Source: Candidatus Adiutrix sp.
GTDB taxonomy: Bacteria > Desulfobacterota > Desulfarculia > Adiutricales > Adiutricaceae
Assembly (NCBI GenBank): GCA_031549025.1
Contig: JAVBQN010000061.1
Coordinates: forward strand, 6,882-70,881
Reading direction: 5' to 3'
DNA: 64,000 nucleotides
Shown here piece by piece: positions 51,139-58,001 of this stretch. The translations under genes were made by a program, and so were the position numbers. Each line of letters starts with the position of its first letter. Positions within the stretch are counted from its first letter, which is position 1. The notes under the pieces were generated by a model. The model ran no database searches. It was given only the letters and a program-made list of their open reading frames with translations, and had not been told where the DNA came from.

Positions 51139-54110
51139 GCGGGCCGGTCCGTGACCGCCGCGCCGCAGCGGCGCCGCAGAGAGGGGGCTTCCGTGCCCGC
51201 CCGCGGTTCATCCGGCAGGCGACAGGCCGCCCGGGGCCGCGCCGGAACATTCCACCCCGGCTCCAAGAGGGTCACCCGGCCGGCCGCCCCGCAGTTGACC
51301 GCGTCGGCGAAAGCTTGAGGGGAAAGCTCTTCCAGATACAGGTCGAAGATGATGTCCGGCAAGCCCAGTTTGCGCCACTGGACCAGGTCCATGAGGAGCA
51401 AATCGGGGTGGAGGTATTTTTCCCCCAGGTTCGGCGGGTAGGGCGGCCGCTCCCAGCTCGCGGGGAGGCCCCGGCCGGGGTTCGCTGCCCGGTGCTCCTC
51501 CAGGGTTTCCCAGTCCAGCGCGCCGCCCAGGGCGGCGCCGGCGAGGTCGTGTTGAAAGGCCGGAGCCGGGTCCCGCTCGAAAAGGCTGTCGGGCTCGACA
51601 TAGAGCACCCGGCGATGGTGAGGAAGGAAAAGGGGCAGAAAGAGCCGCAAAAGGGGGCGCCGCGCCAGCTTCCGGGGTTCCTCGCCGGGAAGCGGCGGGG
51701 GGAGCGGCAGGTCGAAGGATTCGGTCTCGATGATCCGCAGGTCGAGGTGGGGGTGCTTTTCAACTTCAGCCGTCAGTTCCCGCCGGCTTTCCGCCGTCAG
51801 GCCGTCGGCCAGGACCGTCACCTCATAGATCCGGGCCGGATCGCCCTGGGCCCCGATGGAGGCCAGGAGAGCCCGGGCGGCCGGCCCGGCCTTTTCATCC
51901 ACGGCCGTGGCCAGACAGACGGCCTCGGGGTTCGGCGGCGGCAGGGGACCGAGCCGGGTTTCCAGTCGGCCCACCCGGAGGAAGGGGACTTCCCGGACCG
52001 AGTCGCCCCGGTCCCGCAGCCGGGCGGCAAACAAGGCCATGATAACCGCGCCGAGGGTTTCTCCGGGCCGGCGCGTCCGGCCGTCCCATTCGGGGCGGAG
52101 CGCTTCCAGGAGCGGGAAGGCCAGATCGCGGAATTCCTCCCAGAATTCCCGGCGCATCGCGAAGGCCAGGGCCGGAGACCGGCGGTCGCCGGAAAGATAA
52201 TCCTCCATGTAGGGGGCCAGGGGACTCCGGGCCAATTCCCGGCGCAGGGCGGCCAGGAGACCCGGCCCATACAGGGATGAGAGCCATTCGGCGACGGAAA
52301 GCCGGCGACTGGCCTCTTCCGGGGTCGGCTCCGGACAGGGCAGCAGCATTTCCGCCCGCCACACCAGGTTGTCGTGCGGCAGGTAGACCTGCCCCCGCCC
52401 CAGGGCCAGGCGGGCCTGACCGGCATCCAGTTTGTAATAGTCCAGGGTCCCGGCATCCAGGCGGTCACAGCAGAAGTTTTCAGTCCGGTCCCAGGTGCCG
52501 AGTCGGAAGACGGGCAGGAAATCGGCCCGGGCCAGGCCCACGAAGAGGCTGTCCGGGTCTTCGGCCTCCAAACCGCGCATCAAGGCCAGGTCGCCCAGAA
52601 AATCGTCCGCCGCCAGAGCTATGGGGCGGAAGACCAGATCCCGGGGCACCCGGGCATCTTCCGGTCCGGCCACTAGAATGTGGATGGTCCGGGCGAAATC
52701 CTCATCGAGCATCTGCAATTTGGTGGCCGGATAATAGTCATCGAGCCGGGCGCGGATGAACCCAGCGGCCAGGGAGGAGGCCCGGAGGTTGAAAAAATCG
52801 AAACGCCGGGCCTCTCCCGGGGCGTCCGTCACCCCCGCATACAGGACGCCGGGGTTGAACACCAGCCGGCGGAAACGCTCCAGCCCCCCGGCCGAAGGCA
52901 CATAATCGCGGAGCAGCAGCACCCAGTCGCGGGCTCCCCACTCCCGCAGCCGGGGGCCCAGGGCGGAGAAGTCGTCGCCGTCGAGATCGAAGGCGGCCAG
53001 GCCCCTCTCGGCCGCCAGCCGCCGCGATTCCGCTGAAGAGCTGACGATTTTGATTCCGGGATCGAGGGCGGCGGCCCGGTCCAGGAGCCGTCCGGCTTCA
53101 TCCGGCGGGCAGGCGCCGGCCAGAGAGAGGATTACGGCGATATCGGCGCCCGGAGCCAGGAGTTCGTTGATTTCCTTGGCCCTTTTGCTGTTGTCCGAAA
53201 GATAGGGCTGGAACCGGCGGGTAATCTCGCCGGCCCCCTCGGCATAACGGCGGCCGTCGAAAACTATGGTGCGTCCGGCCAGGTGCTTCGGGCTGGGCAG
53301 ATCCCGCAGCCGCGTTTCCCAACTGGGGGAGATGTAGTCGGTTTCCAGGTTGGCGTATTGCCAGGGCAGGCTCAGAGCCGCCCCGCAGATTTCGCACCAG
53401 TGGAGCTGGTCCTTGAAATCCCGGGGAGTCCGTCGCCACCAGCCGGACTCCACGGGCCAGCCGCCGGGGCCGTCCAGCAACATGTCCAGGGCGGCGGCCA
53501 CCTCGCAGAAAAAGGCCCCCTTGGGAGTGATGCTGGCCGACCAGAGGTTCTGTATCCAGCAGGCGTCCCGCAAGGGGAACCATTGGGAATCGGGTATGCC
53601 CAGATCGTGGCGGGAGACCATCAGGGTTCCGTGGCGGGAAGGGTAGGAGTGGTCGTTGAGGTACTGGAGGCCGAAGACGTCCTGAATCAGCTCGAAATGC
53701 TTTTTGAAAGGCCGCCCCACGCAGGTGAAGAGGGTGTGCTGCCGCTTGGCCGCGGTGGGGGTCAGGTGGGCGCTGAGGGTGATGTGGCTGTCGGTGATCT
53801 GCCAAAGGGTGTGTTTCAGAAAATTGTCGGTGGGGTACATCAGCCCGGCGCCGGGATCGTCGTGGCCCACGGACCGGCGGTAATACTCCATCAACTCCGG
53901 AAACCGGGGATGGAGGAGAGGCTCCCCGCCCATGACGCTCGCGGACCGGGAAAAGCCGCGCAGGGAATCCACCGCCGCTTTGAACGTCGGGAGATCCATG
54001 AAAAATGGCCGCCGATGATGCCCGCAGAACCGGGTGCAGTGCGAGCACTGGTTGGGACAGGCATTGGTGATGTCTATCTGGATGTATTTCATGTCGGCGG
54101 GGCTGCGCAT
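51135..54110 (-). CDS. Radical SAM domain - central unknown region - GT8-like glycosyltransferase fusion (991 aa)
   Basis: The N-terminus has IDITNACPNQCSHCTRFC (CX3CX2C) and VMGGEPLLHP. The C-terminus has RLFLPLFLP...RVLYVEPDSLF and YLHPDLLLMDLVQWRKL, resembling GT8 (YLDxD / FNxGVxxxNLxxWR). An alternative start is at 54092. Confidence 0.75.
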   Translation of the reverse strand: MRSPADMKYIQIDITNACPNQCSHCTRFCGHHRRPFFMDLPTFKAAVDSLRGFSRSASVMGGEPLLHPRFPELMEYYRRSVGHDDPGAGLMYPTDNFLKHTLWQITDSHITLSAHLTPTAAKRQHTLFTCVGRPFKKHFELIQDVFGLQYLNDHSYPSRHGTLMVSRHDLGIPDSQWFPLRDACWIQNLWSASITPKGAFFCEVAAALDMLLDGPGGWPVESGWWRRTPRDFKDQLHWCEICGAALSLPWQYANLETDYISPSWETRLRDLPSPKHLAGRTIVFDGRRYAEGAGEITRRFQPYLSDNSKRAKEINELLAPGADIAVILSLAGACPPDEAGRLLDRAAALDPGIKIVSSSAESRRLAAERGLAAFDLDGDDFSALGPRLREWGARDWVLLLRDYVPSAGGLERFRRLVFNPGVLYAGVTDAPGEARRFDFFNLRASSLAAGFIRARLDDYYPATKLQMLDEDFARTIHILVAGPEDARVPRDLVFRPIALAADDFLGDLALMRGLEAEDPDSLFVGLARADFLPVFRLGTWDRTENFCCDRLDAGTLDYYKLDAGQARLALGRGQVYLPHDNLVWRAEMLLPCPEPTPEEASRRLSVAEWLSSLYGPGLLAALRRELARSPLAPYMEDYLSGDRRSPALAFAMRREFWEEFRDLAFPLLEALRPEWDGRTRRPGETLGAVIMALFAARLRDRGDSVREVPFLRVGRLETRLGPLPPPNPEAVCLATAVDEKAGPAARALLASIGAQGDPARIYEVTVLADGLTAESRRELTAEVEKHPHLDLRIIETESFDLPLPPPLPGEEPRKLARRPLLRLFLPLFLPHHRRVLYVEPDSLFERDPAPAFQHDLAGAALGGALDWETLEEHRAANPGRGLPASWERPPYPPNLGEKYLHPDLLLMDLVQWRKLGLPDIIFDLYLEELSPQAFADAVNCGAAGRVTLLEPGWNVPARPRAACRLPDEPRAGTEAPSLRRRCGAAVTDRPA

Positions 54111-54260
54111 CGCTTCTCCTTCACTCGAGACGGGTGTCCATCATACATTCAAAAGGCGTCATCGTCCAGCGCGGTTTTGCGGTCGCCCAGACGCTTGAAG
54201 ATCGTATCGGCCTGGGGTATGATTGACGCAAGCAATATTTCAGCCAAAGGCGGTTCCGGC

Positions 54261-55292
54261 ATGAAACTGAGCGTCTTGATAACTTTTTACCAGGAAGCGG
54301 AATATGTTGATCAGGCTTTGGCCAGCGTTCTGGGGCAGGAGACCGATTTCGAATGGGAAATCCTCATCGGCGACGACGGCTCCACTGACGGCACCCGGGA
54401 AAAGCTGGAGGCCTGGCGGCGCCGATATCCCGATAAGATTCAGCTCTTCGTCCGGGAGCGCGGGCCCCAGCCGGCCGACGGCAGCTATGCCAGCCACGCC
54501 CTGGCCCGGGTCACCGCCAACCGCCTGGACCTCCTGGCCCGGGCCCGGGGCGAATATTTTATCTTTCTCGACGGCGATGATTTCTACACCGACCCCTGGA
54601 AGCTTACAAAGCAGGCGGCCGTCCTCGACGATCCGGCCAACGCCGGCTGCGTGGGCTGCGCCCACAACGTCATTCTCTTCTGGGACGATCCGGACCGTGA
54701 CCGGCCCATGCACAACCCGGCCATGCGGGCCCAGACCTTCCGCGCGGAACGGTACGCGGCGGTCATTTATTTTCATCCCAATTCCATGATGTTCCGTAAC
54801 GTTTTTCAGGGACGGACCCCGGACATCTTCCGCCGCCTCCATTTTGAAGACCAGCACATCACGTTTTATATGCTCAATTTCGGCGATATCCACTATCTGC
54901 CGGACCTCATGGCCGTTTACCGGCAGAATTCGGAGGGCATCTGGAACGTCTTGGACGACGCCGAACAGAACGTCATGGTGGCCGTGGCCGGCGAAATCGG
55001 CCGCCAGCTCAGCCCGCGCTTCAAGTGGGCCTATATCCACCGCCACTTCCAGACCCGGCCCGTCACCCCCTGGCTGCGGGAACATTACCGGGAACTGGCC
55101 TCCCCCCGCTTCGACCGGGGCCGAGCCCACGCCGAGCGGATGGGGGCCCGGGAAACCCTGCGCTGGCTGAACTATGGCCGGCTCCCGCTTCTGGAAAAGG
55201 TGAAAGCCCAGCTTCTGTTCCAGCGGGACCGGCTCGTCTCCCGGCTCTTCCGCCGCCGGCACCCGGAGTATTTCCGACCCGGCGGCGTTTAA
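54261..55292 (+). CDS. Glycosyltransferase family 2
   Basis: The ATG at 54261 lies within ORF 53283..55292. KLSVLITFYQEAEYV, ILIGDDGSTDGT and IFLDGDDF. Confidence 0.88.
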   Translation: MKLSVLITFYQEAEYVDQALASVLGQETDFEWEILIGDDGSTDGTREKLEAWRRRYPDKIQLFVRERGPQPADGSYASHALARVTANRLDLLARARGEYFIFLDGDDFYTDPWKLTKQAAVLDDPANAGCVGCAHNVILFWDDPDRDRPMHNPAMRAQTFRAERYAAVIYFHPNSMMFRNVFQGRTPDIFRRLHFEDQHITFYMLNFGDIHYLPDLMAVYRQNSEGIWNVLDDAEQNVMVAVAGEIGRQLSPRFKWAYIHRHFQTRPVTPWLREHYRELASPRFDRGRAHAERMGARETLRWLNYGRLPLLEKVKAQLLFQRDRLVSRLFRRRHPEYFRPGGV

Positions 55293-56353
55293 GCCGGGGC
55301 GTCGGGCTTGGTGGGGTCCAGATTCCGCGACAGGGGCTGATTCAGCCCGTCGTGGTAGGCCAGGTATTTTTTCCGCCGCCGCCAGACGGCCCGGCCAAAA
55401 AGTTCCAGCACTGTTTCGCGCGTGGCAAAAAATTCCCCCAGGCCGAATTTTTCCACCGACAGCCGCAGCCAGGGCCCCACAGCCAGGCGCTCGATCCGGG
55501 TGGTGCGGTTGGCCAGGAAATTTTTCGCCAAGAGGCGCTCGGCTTCGGTCCCCTCGGCCTCTATGAGTTGCAGTTCCAGGTCGATGGTCTGGGCCAGAGC
55601 CTTGAGCATCACCGCCTTCTTGACCATGGTGGCCCCGGGGTGGCGGCGGTAGGAATAGAGGATTTCAGGAAAAAACTTCAGGCGGTAGCGCCGGGCCAGC
55701 TTCAGGCCCATGTGCCAGTCTTCCAGAATGTAGCGGGCATCGTAGCCGCCCACCGCCTGGTAGGCCGAGCGGCGGATGAGGCTGCTGGAGGGCAGGTAAT
55801 TGCCGTGCAGCAGGCTCCAGTAGCTGCCGAATTCGTCCGATAAGAAATCCGTGCCGTGGCTGATGGACCGGAGAAAATCGGCGTGCCGGGCGTGGGCGGC
55901 CCCGTCGCCTTCCCGCCACAACTGCCCCTCCCGGTTGAGCCGGACAGGTTCGCCGTCCGGGCCGATGAGGTCGGCGTCGCCGGCGGCCAGGGCGTGATCC
56001 GGGTGGCCTTCCAGAAAGCCCAGGAGACGCTCCACCGCCTGCGGCCGGGCCAGGTCGTCCGACCCCAGGAGGAACAGGTATTCCCCCTCGGCCCGCTCGG
56101 CGGCCCAGGCCAGGGCCGGGCTGACCCCCAGGTGCGGACGGCGCCCGAAAACCACCCGGGAAAAGCGGGCCCCGGCCTCGGGCCGGAGGCCTTCCAACAC
56201 TTCAAAGGTGCGGTCGTCGGAGCCGTCGTCCGCCACGATGATTTCCATCGGGCCGTAACTCTGCCCCATCAGGGAGCGGACGGCGGATTCCACGTAACGT
56301 TCGTTGTTCCAGACGGCCATGAGGGCCGAAACCAGGGGGCGGGTTTCCCTCAT
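55289..56353 (-). CDS. Glycosyltransferase family 2
   Basis: The ATG at 56353 overlaps the upstream gene's stop (ATGA). VSALMAVWNNERYV, IIVADDGSDDRT and FLLGSDDL. Confidence 0.88.
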   Translation of the reverse strand: MRETRPLVSALMAVWNNERYVESAVRSLMGQSYGPMEIIVADDGSDDRTFEVLEGLRPEAGARFSRVVFGRRPHLGVSPALAWAAERAEGEYLFLLGSDDLARPQAVERLLGFLEGHPDHALAAGDADLIGPDGEPVRLNREGQLWREGDGAAHARHADFLRSISHGTDFLSDEFGSYWSLLHGNYLPSSSLIRRSAYQAVGGYDARYILEDWHMGLKLARRYRLKFFPEILYSYRRHPGATMVKKAVMLKALAQTIDLELQLIEAEGTEAERLLAKNFLANRTTRIERLAVGPWLRLSVEKFGLGEFFATRETVLELFGRAVWRRRKKYLAYHDGLNQPLSRNLDPTKPDAPA

Positions 56354-57597
56354 GCGGCCGGCTCGTCGGGCGGCCCTGACTTGCCAAACTGCGGGCTTAG
56401 CTTGAATTTCAGCTCCAGGGCCAGGCGGGAGGTGGGGTTCTTCTCCAGTTCGGTCTCGGCCGCGACCAGGGCCTCGCGCGGGCGGCCGATGGCCGCATAG
56501 CAGCAGGCCCGGGCCAGGTTGAGGTTGGGGAGGTCGGGGAGAAAGTAGGACAGAGCGTTGAGGTTCTGCAAGTGGTTGAGGTAATGCCAGTAATTCTGCA
56601 TAAAAAAGGATTTTTCCGGATCGTTCGGGGCGAAGTCGTCTTCCGTGGCCCCCACCCGGCGATACATGTGTCCTTGGCAGACACGCTCCACGGCCTGGGC
56701 GACCTCGGCTTCGAACCGGTCCTTGTAGCGGTCGATCAGAATCTTGATGGCCCCCCGGGCCGCCCGCTCGCGTTCCTCGCCCGGCCGCCAGAGGGGGATC
56801 AGGGCCCCTTCCAGGTGGTGCCATAAAAAATGGGTGAAGCTGTAATCATACCAGGGCGCCTCCAGAGCGTTCATGGCCGCGTTGGCGGTTTTTCGTCCTT
56901 CGATGGTCCGCCCCTGGGCATACGGCATCTCCCGGAAGAACAGGGGTTCCGGGATCTGGAGAAAAAGGCCATATTGAGACAGAAAAGCCAGCATCAAATT
57001 GTCATGGGCCGCCACCTGATAGTTCAGCGCATGCCGCACTCCCGAAGCCATGAAATAATCCATCCGGAAAAGGCCATAGAAAGCGGTGCACATGCCCAAT
57101 TGACCGGTGAGAGTCAGGTATCGTTCCCAGGCCAGCTTCCCGGACATTTCGAAGCCGTCCTTATAGGGCTCGGGGGGGTGGCCCGGACCGAAGATGCTGG
57201 CCGGGTTGCCATTCCGGTCAAAGAACTGGCAATGGCTATAGACCAGGATTACGGCTTTCTCTTTATCCATTTCCCGGACGCATTTCTCCAGGTACTCGGG
57301 GTGCCAGTAGTCGTTATGGCTGGCGTAAATCATGAACTCATAGGACGTGCTGAGATAATACCCCTTGGTGTAACTGGCGAAAAAGCCGATGTTCTGCCGG
57401 TTGCGCATATAGACGAACCGGGGGTCGGCTTCGGCGTATTCCCGGCAGATGAGCGGCGTATCATCGGTGGAGGCGTTGTCGATGAGGTGGACGATGTAGT
57501 CGGGGAAGGTCTGGGCTCTGATCGAATCCAATTGGCGTCTGAGTTTTTCGGCCCCGTTGTAGACGGGCAACACTACCGATACTCTGGGCAGGGTCAT
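56350..57597 (-). CDS. Glycosyltransferase family 2 with helical, TPR-like C-terminal tail
   Basis: VSVVLPVYNGAEKL and HLIDNASTDDT. The C-terminus has LARACCYAAIGRPREALVAAETELEKNP (one TPR-like repeat recognisable). RBS AAGGAGG. Confidence 0.85.
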   Translation of the reverse strand: MTLPRVSVVLPVYNGAEKLRRQLDSIRAQTFPDYIVHLIDNASTDDTPLICREYAEADPRFVYMRNRQNIGFFASYTKGYYLSTSYEFMIYASHNDYWHPEYLEKCVREMDKEKAVILVYSHCQFFDRNGNPASIFGPGHPPEPYKDGFEMSGKLAWERYLTLTGQLGMCTAFYGLFRMDYFMASGVRHALNYQVAAHDNLMLAFLSQYGLFLQIPEPLFFREMPYAQGRTIEGRKTANAAMNALEAPWYDYSFTHFLWHHLEGALIPLWRPGEERERAARGAIKILIDRYKDRFEAEVAQAVERVCQGHMYRRVGATEDDFAPNDPEKSFFMQNYWHYLNHLQNLNALSYFLPDLPNLNLARACCYAAIGRPREALVAAETELEKNPTSRLALELKFKLSPQFGKSGPPDEPAA

Positions 57598-57607
57598 CGG
57601 GCGGCCT

Positions 57608-57780
57608 CCTTGGTTCCAGCAATTCTCATTATGGCTTGAGCGCCTTGACGGGGAACTGGCCGTAGCCGGGCAAAAAATGTGATTTTTACTCGGCGAGCGG
57701 CTTTATGACCATTGCCACCGGTCGCTTCGCTCCGTCTCCCTTCGGTCGACCAGGCAAAATGAGAATTGCTGCCTTGGTTC
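57608..57780. repeat. 14-nt inverted repeat with flanking 9-nt direct repeat bracketing about 127 nt
   Basis: ccttggttc-cagcaattctcatt (57608-57630) and aatgagaattgctg-ccttggttc (57758-57780). The left copy abuts or overlaps the SD (rc CCAAGGAGG) of the GT2-TPR gene. Confidence 0.8.
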
Positions 57781-57789
57781 AGCCGGTTT

Positions 57790-57818
57790 TTGACAAGTAC
57801 ACCGGGGTTTACTATAAT
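57790..57818 (+). promoter_or_regulatory. Consensus sigma70 promoter TTGACA-17 nt-TATAAT
   Basis: ttgaca at 57790-57795, a 17-nt spacer and tataat at 57813-57818. It faces the 932-aa GT gene, whose ATG is at 58002. Confidence 0.65.
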
Positions 57819-58001
57819 CGCAAAAGTCTATTCTGTAAAGCCCGAGGCGGTTTGAGGCCGCCGGTTCCCCTGGAGCGGACCATCATGAATGTGCCTGTTG
57901 TCGCCGACTCCGGCGGCCTGACGGTTTCCCTCGCGGCCGAACCGCTTGGGGATATGGCGGCGAAGGCTCATGAAACCTCGCGGCCCGGGTGTGGTTGAAC
58001 C

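Noticed and set aside
57705-57998. 97-aa ORF spanning the divergent GT promoter region
   Set aside because: It runs straight through the consensus -35/-10 promoter and the repeat element. Only its last 37 codons (from 57885) have any RBS support, and those are reported as a tentative uORF in the findings.
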